Below are positions 9,659 through 17,948 of a stretch of DNA of 64,000 nucleotides, one piece after another. The DNA comes from Deltaproteobacteria bacterium (lineage in GTDB: Bacteria; Myxococcota_A; Polyangia; Fen-1088), in contig JANRKS010000001.1 in NCBI GenBank assembly GCA_033763315.1, forward strand, positions 32,001 through 96,000. Reading direction: 5' to 3'. The position numbers and the translations under genes were made by a program. Position 1 is the first letter of the stretch, and each line of letters starts with the position of its first letter. Below the pieces are notes generated by a model. That model was not told the DNA's origin. It ran no database searches and saw only the letters and a list, made by a program, of their open reading frames with translations.

Positions 9659-10465
9659 GTGCGCCCTAGCCGTTGCTTCCTTCGAGTTCTGCTTCTCACG
9701 CCCTTGTGCGTGGGTTCGTTGGCGGCGCCCACCATGCGCCCCCGGGTTACGTGGGCGGCGCCGTCTTCGGAAGCGCAAGCGCGCGCGCTGTTTCAAAAGG
9801 CGGAGGTCCACTTTAACCTGGGCGAATTCGAGCAGGCCTTGGCGCTTTATGCCGAGGCCTACCGCCTCAAGCCGTTGCCGGGCTTCTTGTTCAACATCGC
9901 GCAGTGCCATCGTTTCATGGAGCACTTCGAAGACGCGGCCTTTTCCTACCGGGTGTATTTGGACCGCGCCCCGCAGGCCAGCAACCGCGCCGAGGTGGAG
10001 GCTCTGGTTGCCCAAATGGACCAGCAGGCCGCCGCACGCACAACGGCGCCCGCGTCGACTGAAGTGGCCCCGCCTCCTGCACCCCCGCCGCCCCCGCCTC
10101 CTGCTGTGGCGCAAGCCGCGAAGCCCCCTGTGGCGCCCGTTGCCTCGACGGTGTCGCCGTGGTTCTGGCCCACGTTGGCCGCAGGAGCTGTTTTTGTGGG
10201 CGCGGGCGTGATCACGGGGCAAATGGCCTCGAACCGCAGTGCCTCATACCGCGATCCCAGCACGCCTGTAACGGATCGGCCTGGCTTGAAAGACTCGGGC
10301 GAGAGCCTGGCAACCGCGTCGCTCGTCTGCCTTGGCGCCGGGGGCGTGGCCTTGGCGGCGGCCGCAGGGCTTTGGTTTTGGGCGCCCGCGACGGCTGAAA
10401 CCACCCAGGTTGCCGCGGCCCCCGTGGCCGGCGGCGGTGTGCTGATGATGAAGGGGGCGTTTTGA
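9659..10465 (+). CDS. Secreted TPR protein with Pro-rich linker and C-terminal hydrophobic/Gly-rich membrane region
   Basis: Signal-like N-terminus, TPR repeats (GEFEQALALYAEAY; LFNIAQCHR), poly-Pro linker, two hydrophobic segments, ends GGVLMMKGAF. Confidence 0.75.
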   Translation: MRPSRCFLRVLLLTPLCVGSLAAPTMRPRVTWAAPSSEAQARALFQKAEVHFNLGEFEQALALYAEAYRLKPLPGFLFNIAQCHRFMEHFEDAAFSYRVYLDRAPQASNRAEVEALVAQMDQQAAARTTAPASTEVAPPPAPPPPPPPAVAQAAKPPVAPVASTVSPWFWPTLAAGAVFVGAGVITGQMASNRSASYRDPSTPVTDRPGLKDSGESLATASLVCLGAGGVALAAAAGLWFWAPATAETTQVAAAPVAGGGVLMMKGAF

Positions 10466-11754
10466 AACCCCTCGCGCCGCCTACATTGGCTTTGGCGATG
10501 GCAGCGCTGCTGCTCGGCGCTTGCTGGTCGTGGAGCTTTCCAGACAACTTACTGACCGCGGACGGGGGCACATCGGATGCCGGCACGGACGCCCTGGCGA
10601 CGCCTGATGCCACGTCAGGGGGAACCGGCGGTGGCATGGGCGGCGGTGGTGGTGGCAGCAGCCCAGGTGGTGCAGGTGGCGGACCTAGCGGTGGCAGCGG
10701 CGGCAGCAGCAACCCCGGCGCATGCCTGCCCACGTCGTGTGTTGCGGCCGCGACGCCGGTGTGCGACGCCGTTTCGCGCGTCTGCCGCCCTTGTCGCAAG
10801 GACAACGAATGCGCGACCTCAGGCTTGTGCGCCCTGGATGGCCACTGTGCCACCGACGATCAGATCGCGTTTGTATCGCCGACTTGCCCGGCCACCCCCA
10901 CGGGCACCCGGGCCGCGCCGTTTTGCACGATCGCCGACGCGCTGGTTACCACCAAACCGTACGTTTTCGTGAGCGGGGGCGTTCACAACGACGTGCGCCT
11001 TTCGGCACCGCGGGAGCTGCACGGTACGCCTGGCACGGTCATCCACGGAGGCATGCGTTGCCAGGCCTTGTTGGTGGATGGGCCCGGCGTTGCTGTGATG
11101 GGCTTCACTGTGGATGCGGGCGTGGTGGTTACGGGCAAAGACGCCAGTTTGCAGCTGATCAACAACCAGATAGGCCCGTCCAATTGCGTGGGCGTTACGG
11201 CTTCAAGCGGCGCCGGCTTGGTGATGGAACGCAACTTCATTTACGCCAACGCAGACGGCGGCGTGTGGGTGGACGATGTGCCCTTGCAGATGAAGAACAA
11301 CGTCATTGCAGGCAACGGGGGCGCCATGCGCAACTTTGGTGGTGCCAGGTTGGCCCCGCGGCAGCCGAGCCTCGTCGTCAACAACACGATCGTCAACAAC
11401 CGCTCGCGGGGCAACATGGTTGAGGCGCCCGGGTTGCGCTGTGATGCCACGCTCGCCGTGGCCAACAACATTGTTTGGGGGAACGTGCGGGGGCAAGGCG
11501 TCGGCCAAATGTCCCCCGAATGCGTATCGACGTTTGGGCTCGTCCAGTTGGCGCCCGGCGAGCCTGGCACGGCCAACAACATCGCTTCTGACCCGCAATT
11601 CACGGGTGGCCCCCCGAACTTATCCGCGAGCTACCGGCTTAACGCCGCATCGCCGGCCATCAACCCGCCTTCCACACTGAACGCGCCCGCGCTTGATTTC
11701 GACGCCGAACCCCGTGATGCCAAGCCCGATCTCGGCTCGTTCGAGCACCGCTAG
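10462..11754 (+). CDS. Lipoprotein with Gly-rich linker, Cys-rich module and right-handed beta-helix domain
   Basis: Lipobox LLGAC, DGG/DAG and poly-Gly linker, Cys-rich segment, repeated NNVIAGN/NNTIVNN/NNIVWGN, and a DPQF...YRLNAASPAIN...PDLGSFE C-terminus. Start overlaps the upstream stop. Confidence 0.75.
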   Translation: MKPLAPPTLALAMAALLLGACWSWSFPDNLLTADGGTSDAGTDALATPDATSGGTGGGMGGGGGGSSPGGAGGGPSGGSGGSSNPGACLPTSCVAAATPVCDAVSRVCRPCRKDNECATSGLCALDGHCATDDQIAFVSPTCPATPTGTRAAPFCTIADALVTTKPYVFVSGGVHNDVRLSAPRELHGTPGTVIHGGMRCQALLVDGPGVAVMGFTVDAGVVVTGKDASLQLINNQIGPSNCVGVTASSGAGLVMERNFIYANADGGVWVDDVPLQMKNNVIAGNGGAMRNFGGARLAPRQPSLVVNNTIVNNRSRGNMVEAPGLRCDATLAVANNIVWGNVRGQGVGQMSPECVSTFGLVQLAPGEPGTANNIASDPQFTGGPPNLSASYRLNAASPAINPPSTLNAPALDFDAEPRDAKPDLGSFEHR

Positions 11755-11916
11755 GCAACCGACCGCCGGTGGCTTTGCCAAAGCGACGTACCGGGCGGGC
11801 ATATGTGGAAATAACTCTGCATTCCGGTTAGTTGTAAGTCCGCGTTCCGCAAGGTTCCACCGGCAAGCCGCCGGAGGCCGCCGCCGCGGGCTTTAGACGA
11901 CTAGCCAGGGATAACA

Positions 11917-12909
11917 ATGGACGTTCGCGTCATCAACGAGTTGGTTCAGAAACACTGTGGCTTCGTAGACAACCTGGCCCACGAGGTGGGCAAGGTGATT
12001 GTGGGTCAGAAGCTGATGATCGACCGCATCTTGGTGGGCCTGCTGACCGGCGGCCACGTGCTGCTTGAAGGTGTTCCCGGGTTGGCCAAGACGCTGACGG
12101 TGAAGACCATGGCAGACGCGTTGGGGCTTGAGTTCTCGCGCATTCAGTTCACGCCCGATTTGCTCCCCGCCGACATCATCGGCACCGTTATCTACAACCA
12201 AGCCCGCAGCGAATTCATCGCCAAGAAGGGTCCGGTGTTCGCGAACCTTGTTTTGGCGGACGAAATCAACCGGGCCCCCGCCAAGGTGCAATCGGCGCTG
12301 CTCGAATCGATGCAAGAGCGGCAAGTGACGATTGGCGACACCACCCACACGCTGCCTGATCCGTTCTTGGTGATGGCCACCCAAAACCCCATCGAACAAG
12401 AAGGCACGTATGCGTTGCCCGAAGCGCAGCTGGATCGCTTCATGTTGATGGTGAAGGTGGGGTATCCCACGAAGGAAGACGAACGCGCGATTATGGACCG
12501 CATGACGGCGAACGTGGGCGGGCCTGCGCCCAAAGCGTCGCGCGTGGCCGATCCGGCGGCGCTCACAGAAGCGCGCCAAGTTGTGGGCCAGATCTACATC
12601 GACGAGAAAATTCGCGATTACATCGTGAACTTGGTGCACGCCACGCGCGATCCTAAAGCTTATGGCCTCAAGGATCTCGCCGACTACATCGAATTCGGCG
12701 CCAGCCCGCGCGCCTCGATCTTCTTGAATCTGGCGGCGCGCGCGCATGCGTTTTTGCGACACCGTGGTTACGTGACTCCTGAAGACATCAAAGCGGTGGG
12801 CATCGATGTGCTTCGCCACCGTGTGAACCTCACGTACGAAGCCGAAGCCGAAGACATCACCTCCGAACAAGTGGTGCGCCGTTTGTTCGAGACGATCGAA
12901 GTCCCTTGA
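11917..12909 (+). CDS. moxR: MoxR family AAA+ ATPase
   Basis: LEGVPGLAKT, RIQFTPDLLPAD, ADEINRAPAKVQSALLE, ATQNPIEQEGTY, AQLDRF, GASPRA. Confidence 0.95.
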   Translation: MDVRVINELVQKHCGFVDNLAHEVGKVIVGQKLMIDRILVGLLTGGHVLLEGVPGLAKTLTVKTMADALGLEFSRIQFTPDLLPADIIGTVIYNQARSEFIAKKGPVFANLVLADEINRAPAKVQSALLESMQERQVTIGDTTHTLPDPFLVMATQNPIEQEGTYALPEAQLDRFMLMVKVGYPTKEDERAIMDRMTANVGGPAPKASRVADPAALTEARQVVGQIYIDEKIRDYIVNLVHATRDPKAYGLKDLADYIEFGASPRASIFLNLAARAHAFLRHRGYVTPEDIKAVGIDVLRHRVNLTYEAEAEDITSEQVVRRLFETIEVP

Positions 12910-12951
12910 TGAGGCGCCGTCGCCCGTACTGGGCGATGGGAGTGGCTGCTG

Positions 12952-13836
12952 ATGCTGACCCGCGAAGTTCTTAAAAAGATCCGAAAAATCGAGATCGCCA
13001 CGCAACGTCTGGTGCGCGACCGCATGGCCGGGCAATACCTTTCGGTGTTCAAAGGCAGCGGCATCGCGTTCTCCGAAGTGCGGCAGTACATGCCGGGCGA
13101 CGACATCCGCTTGATCGACTGGAACGTCTCCGCTCGCATGAACGAGCCGTACATCAAGCTCTTCACCGAAGAGCGCGAGATGACGGTGATGCTGCTGGTG
13201 GATATGTCGGCGTCAGGTCAGTTCGGTTCGGTGGGCCGCGAAAAGCGTGAGGTGGCGGCGGAGTTGGCCGCCGTGGTGGCATTTTCGGCGATCAAGAACA
13301 ACGACCGCGTGGGGCTCATCATCTTCACCGATGAAGTGGAGCGTTTCGTGCCGCCGAAAAAGGGCAAGAAGCACGTGCTCCGCGTCGTCAGCGAGATCTT
13401 AACGTTCCAGCCGCAATCGCGCCGAACGGATTTGCGATCAGGTATTGAGTTCTTGGGGCGTGTGGCGCGTCGACGTGCGGTGGCGTTCTTGATTTCGGAT
13501 TTTCTTTCGCCACAGGATCGTTACGAGCGGCCCTTGCGCGTGGCCGCGCGCCGCCACGATCTTGTGCCCGTGACGATCATTGATCCGTTGGAAGAAGCCT
13601 TGCCCAACGTGGGCCTCGTGGATCTTGAAGATCCTGAAACGGGTGAAATCATCACATTCGATACGAGTGGCCCCGAAGCGCGTGCGTTCGCGGCAAACGT
13701 TGCGCGCGCCAAAGACGCACGCAAAGCCTTGTTTAATAAGTTGGATCTGGATGGCATTGAAGCGCGCACCGATCGGCCCTACCTACCCGCGCTGACCGCC
13801 TTCTTTGAAGCGCGTGCGCGAAGGATGCGGCACTGA
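12952..13836 (+). CDS. DUF58 domain protein (MoxR-associated VWA-like)
   Basis: FKGSGIAFSEVRQY.PGDDIRLIDWNVSAR, EEREMT, LISDF. Confidence 0.92.
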   Translation: MLTREVLKKIRKIEIATQRLVRDRMAGQYLSVFKGSGIAFSEVRQYMPGDDIRLIDWNVSARMNEPYIKLFTEEREMTVMLLVDMSASGQFGSVGREKREVAAELAAVVAFSAIKNNDRVGLIIFTDEVERFVPPKKGKKHVLRVVSEILTFQPQSRRTDLRSGIEFLGRVARRRAVAFLISDFLSPQDRYERPLRVAARRHDLVPVTIIDPLEEALPNVGLVDLEDPETGEIITFDTSGPEARAFAANVARAKDARKALFNKLDLDGIEARTDRPYLPALTAFFEARARRMRH

Positions 13837-14834
13837 TGCGCGCTTTCGTGCTCGCCACGTGCATGGCCGCCGGGTTGATGGGTGCATTGCAGGTCAGCGC
13901 GCGTGCGCAACCGCCTACCGCCGCCGCGCCCGCGGCCGATCCCGATGTGCCCACGGTGGCCGCACGTGTGCTGCAAAACGAAGCGCACGTGGGCGATACC
14001 ATCACCTTGATCGTGACCGCGGTGGCGCCCGAGCGTGTGCCGGTGAATCTGCCCGCGAACTTGGATCTATCGCCCTTTGAGCTGGTGGATCGCAGCCTCA
14101 CAGAAAAAGTCTTGGGTGATGGCAAGCGCCAACGCGAATTCACGTTTCGCATCGCCGCATTTGAACCAGGCGAGCACACAATCCCGGCCGTGTCGCTCAC
14201 CTACTTGGCAAAACAAGGCGCTGTTCGCAGCGTTTCGACAGACCCGTTGCCGGTCACCATCAAGAGCTTGCTCTCGAATGAACCCAACCCCGAGCCCAAG
14301 CCCGATGCCGCACCCGTGTCTGTGACAGTGGAGGTGCGCTGGCCGCTTTACGTGGCAGGCGCCATCTTGGCCGCGATCTTAGGGGCGTTGCTCGGCTCGT
14401 GGCTGTTGGCAAGGTGGCGCAAGCGCACCAAGTTCGTCTACGTTCCGCCGCCGCGGCCCGCGCACGAAGTCGCATTGGAGAAGCTGGAAAAACTGGGCGC
14501 CGCGTTCACCCCGACGGAAGATATGCGACCGTTTTACTTCGAACTGTCGGAGATCTTGCGCGAGTATTTCGGCGGCCGCTACGGATTCGATAGTCTTGAG
14601 CTGACCACGGACGAGCTGCTCAATGAACTGCGCCGGCATGGACGCAAGCCGCTTGTCATCTCCGATGTCGAGGGGTGGCTGGCTGGATGCGACTTGGTGA
14701 AATTCGCGCGCGTGTCCCCCAGCGAAGACGAAGCGCGCGCCGCCCTAGACGCGGGCATCAAGTTTGTCGTAACGACGCGACCTGTGCCCGAACCGCCGCC
14801 TGCACAGACCCAGGAGGCGAACGCCCGTGGCTGA
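13836..14834 (+). CDS. Bat-operon membrane protein (BatD-like N-terminus, single TM)
   Basis: Signal peptide, beta-rich N-domain, TM helix, FYFELSEILREY...LELTTDE...DLVKFA; position between DUF58 and BatA. Confidence 0.75.
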   Translation: MRAFVLATCMAAGLMGALQVSARAQPPTAAAPAADPDVPTVAARVLQNEAHVGDTITLIVTAVAPERVPVNLPANLDLSPFELVDRSLTEKVLGDGKRQREFTFRIAAFEPGEHTIPAVSLTYLAKQGAVRSVSTDPLPVTIKSLLSNEPNPEPKPDAAPVSVTVEVRWPLYVAGAILAAILGALLGSWLLARWRKRTKFVYVPPPRPAHEVALEKLEKLGAAFTPTEDMRPFYFELSEILREYFGGRYGFDSLELTTDELLNELRRHGRKPLVISDVEGWLAGCDLVKFARVSPSEDEARAALDAGIKFVVTTRPVPEPPPAQTQEANARG

Positions 14835-15930
14835 CGCTTCAATCAAAGACGCAACGCCCGCCCGGGCTTTGGCCCGCGTGCCTTGGATTCCCTTGGCGGC
14901 GATGTTCATCATCTTGGTGGGCGTTTACGCGTGGGTGTTGCGCGACGCCGGCGGCTTTCGCTTCGCCCACAAATACGCGTTGGCTTTGCCCGTGTTGGGT
15001 ACCGCGCTGGTGGTGTTTTCGGCCTTTATGCGCCGTCGCAGCCGCGTGGGCACCCTGCGCTTCGCACGCGCACACGAGCTCGCCGTGCAAAAGAAGGGGT
15101 GGGTGTCGCGGCTTGCCGATGCCCCCACGTTGCTTCGCGTGGGCGCCGTCGCTTTGTGCGGGGTGGCGCTGGCGCGCCCACAAACCACGCGCCTTGATGA
15201 CAACATCGAGCTTGAGGGCATCGACATCATCGTCGCGCTCGATGTGTCGGGCTCGATGGATGAACGAGACCTGGCCCCCAATCGTTTAACGGCCGCCAAA
15301 GAAGTGATTCGCGACTTCGTGTCGCGCCGTCCTTCCGATCGGTTGGGACTCGTGCTGTTTGGCCGCGAAGCCTACACGTATATTCCGCCCACGCTAGATC
15401 ACGGCACCTATCTGAGAATGCTCAAAGATCTGCAGCTGGGCATCGTTGATGAAAAGGGCACGGCGATCGGCAACGGTTTGGGTGTGGCGCTGGGACGCCT
15501 GCGAAAGTCTGAGGCGCGATCAAAGGTGGTGATCCTGCTGACCGACGGCGACAACAACGCCGGCAACATCTCGCCGGTGGAAGCCGCAAAAATGGCGCAA
15601 ACCTTGGGCGTTAAGGTGTATACGATCTTGGCTGGTTCAAGCGATTCCGCCGACGATCCCAGCGAATCGCAAGCGGGCCACCGCTATCCGGTCAACCCCA
15701 AACTGCTTGAGCAAATCGCCACGATGACGGGCGGCACGCCTTACCTTGCCACCGATCGCGCGGCCTTGGCCAAACGCTTTCAAACGATCCTCGAAGAGCT
15801 CGAAAAATCGCGCATGGACGACAGGGGCGTACTTTACGCCGAACTTTACGCGTGGTTCTTGTGGCCGGCGCTTGCCCTCTTGCTGCTTGAGTTGGCCATG
15901 CGGTTTTCACGTTGGGGGCGGCTGCCATGA
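14827..15930 (+). CDS. batA: VWA domain protein BatA-like
   Basis: TM helices, ALARPQ, MIDAS DVSGSM, GTAIGNGL, LLTDGDNN, C-terminal TM. Confidence 0.85.
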   Translation: MADASIKDATPARALARVPWIPLAAMFIILVGVYAWVLRDAGGFRFAHKYALALPVLGTALVVFSAFMRRRSRVGTLRFARAHELAVQKKGWVSRLADAPTLLRVGAVALCGVALARPQTTRLDDNIELEGIDIIVALDVSGSMDERDLAPNRLTAAKEVIRDFVSRRPSDRLGLVLFGREAYTYIPPTLDHGTYLRMLKDLQLGIVDEKGTAIGNGLGVALGRLRKSEARSKVVILLTDGDNNAGNISPVEAAKMAQTLGVKVYTILAGSSDSADDPSESQAGHRYPVNPKLLEQIATMTGGTPYLATDRAALAKRFQTILEELEKSRMDDRGVLYAELYAWFLWPALALLLLELAMRFSRWGRLP

Positions 15931-16946
15931 TGCGCCTGGCGGAACCCCATGTGGTTTGGTTGCTGCTGCTTGTGCCACTGCTTGTCGTGGCATTCGCGAT
16001 CTCGTTCACGCGTCGGCGGCGCCACTTGGCCCGCTTAGGGGAAGCCGGCTTGATTGCGCGCATGACCGCGAGCGTTTCACGCTCCCGCCAGATCTTGCGC
16101 GCGGTGTTTGTGACGCTGGCAGTGATGTTTGTGGTGATGGCGTTGGCGCGGCCACAAGCCGGGGGTCGTGCGAAGCTGGAAAAGCAGCGCGGTTTGGACC
16201 TCATGGTCGCGCTCGACTTTTCAAAATCGATGTTGGCGCGCGACGTTTACCCTTCACGGTTGGAACGCGCCAAACGTGAGCTTGAGCGTTTGATGGATCA
16301 CTTGGCGGGCGACCGCATCGGTTTGGTCGCGTTTGCAGGCGAGACGCTTTCGTATCCGCCCACCACCGACTACGCGGCCGTGAAATTGTTCTGGCGTGAT
16401 CTGCAGCCCACCGACATGCCGGTGGGCGGTACGGCGGTGGGGCGCGCGTTAAAAGCCGCCATCGAACCGCTCGTACGGCTGCGCAGCAAAGGCGGTGAAA
16501 CGCGTTCGCAAGTGATTCTCTTGTTGACCGATGGCGAGGACACAGAAAGCGAACCGTTGGAGGTTGCCGCGGAGGCGGCGCGTTTGGGTATCAAAATCTT
16601 CGCTGTGGGCGTGGGTTCACGTTCGGGTGAACTGATCCCGCAAGTGGATCAAGACGGCAAAGTGACGGGATACCTTAAGGACAAAGACGGCAAATACGTG
16701 ACGTCGCGTTTGGCCGAAGACATGCTGTCGCAGATCGCCAGCAAAACGAATGGCGAATACCTGCGTGCCGATGCCAAGCAGTTCGGAGTGGAGATGATTG
16801 AAGCGGCTTTGGCCGGGCTCAAGCGAACGGAAACGGAAGCGCGCCTTGTGAAGCAGTATGACGAAGTGTTCGAGTGGCTGCTGTTCCCGGCCTTCTTGTT
16901 GCTGGTGGGGCAAGCCTGCATGAGTGAACGGAAGCGTGGCACATGA
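15927..16946 (+). CDS. batB: VWA domain protein BatB-like
   Basis: ALARPQ, DFSKSMLARDVYPSRLERAK, GLVAFAG, LLTDGED. Start set at the ATGA overlap with batA. Confidence 0.85.
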   Translation: MMRLAEPHVVWLLLLVPLLVVAFAISFTRRRRHLARLGEAGLIARMTASVSRSRQILRAVFVTLAVMFVVMALARPQAGGRAKLEKQRGLDLMVALDFSKSMLARDVYPSRLERAKRELERLMDHLAGDRIGLVAFAGETLSYPPTTDYAAVKLFWRDLQPTDMPVGGTAVGRALKAAIEPLVRLRSKGGETRSQVILLLTDGEDTESEPLEVAAEAARLGIKIFAVGVGSRSGELIPQVDQDGKVTGYLKDKDGKYVTSRLAEDMLSQIASKTNGEYLRADAKQFGVEMIEAALAGLKRTETEARLVKQYDEVFEWLLFPAFLLLVGQACMSERKRGT

Positions 16947-17914
16947 ATCGCACAGCGCTGACACATACGTTTTGGTTGGGTGTGGGGCTTACATGTTTGC
17001 TGCCCGCCATGTTGGGCGTGAATCTGTTGCAAACGCACAACCGGCACGTGGAGCAGGGCAACAAGCAATTCCAAGGCGGCAAGGTGGATGAGGCGCTGAA
17101 GCTCTATGACAAGGCGCTGCAAGAGGATGGCTTGGCCGACCCACAAGCCCGCGCGGCCGCAGAGTTTAACCGGGGAACGGCGCTGTCAGCGATGGGCAAA
17201 GCCGACGAAGCCGCACAAGCTTTTTTGGAAGCGACCAAATCCAAAGACAATAGCCTGCGCGCCCGCGCCTTTTACAACTTGGGCAATACCTTCATCAAGG
17301 GCGAGAAATTCTCGGAAGCGGTGGAGGCGTTCAAGCGATCACTGGTGCTGGAGCCGCGCAACAACGACGCCAAATGGAACCTAGAGCTCGCCTTGCGCAA
17401 GAAGAAGGAGCAAGACGAGAAGAACAAGAACGACGACAAAGACAAAAAATCGGACCCCAACAACAAAGATAAAAATGGGGACAAGACCGACCCATCCAAC
17501 AAGCCACAGGATGGGCAGGACAAGTCTGGCCAAAACGACACCAAGCCCAACGAGGAGAACAAGCCCGACGACGGCAAGCCGAACGAGCCGAAGCCCGGCG
17601 AAGATCAAAAGCAGAACCCGCAAGAAGACGGCCAGGGCCAACAAAACAAGCCGGATGAGCCAGCGCAGGAAAAACCAGAAGACAAGCCAAGCGAACAAGC
17701 TCAGGGCGCCCCCGAGCAGCAGCCCAAGCCTTCGCCCGCCGCCGCGGCCCAGCCAGACAAAGGCGACAACAAAGAAGACGCCAAGGGTACGGCCGCGGAG
17801 ATGAAGGAAATCAACGCCATCCTTGACAGCCTTGAACAAAGCCCACGGCAGATCGAACAGCAGCGGGCGCGCGTGCGGGCGATGCAGCGAAGGGCACCGG
17901 TCAAAGACTGGTGA
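16943..17914 (+). CDS. batC: TPR protein BatC-like with K/D/Q/P-rich low-complexity linker
   Basis: TPRs (FYNLGN...DAKWNLELA), charged disordered tail, ends VKDW. Confidence 0.82.
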   Translation: MNRTALTHTFWLGVGLTCLLPAMLGVNLLQTHNRHVEQGNKQFQGGKVDEALKLYDKALQEDGLADPQARAAAEFNRGTALSAMGKADEAAQAFLEATKSKDNSLRARAFYNLGNTFIKGEKFSEAVEAFKRSLVLEPRNNDAKWNLELALRKKKEQDEKNKNDDKDKKSDPNNKDKNGDKTDPSNKPQDGQDKSGQNDTKPNEENKPDDGKPNEPKPGEDQKQNPQEDGQGQQNKPDEPAQEKPEDKPSEQAQGAPEQQPKPSPAAAAQPDKGDNKEDAKGTAAEMKEINAILDSLEQSPRQIEQQRARVRAMQRRAPVKDW

Positions 17915-17948
17915 AGGTAATCAACTGGTAGTGCAAGCCACCCCGCGT

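Noticed and set aside
10620-10715. GGC/GGT repeat tract (also 29850-29910)
   Set aside because: Poly-Gly coding linkers, not CRISPR or mobile-element repeats.
11893-13035. 380-aa minus-strand ORF opposite moxR, and similar long antisense ORFs (18576-19562, 43019-44056, 47457-48383)
   Set aside because: Typical stop-poor antisense frames of GC-rich genes; no recognisable motifs.
17400-17790. A-rich compositional anomaly suggesting foreign DNA
   Set aside because: Explained by the K/D/N/Q/E low-complexity linker normal for BatC.
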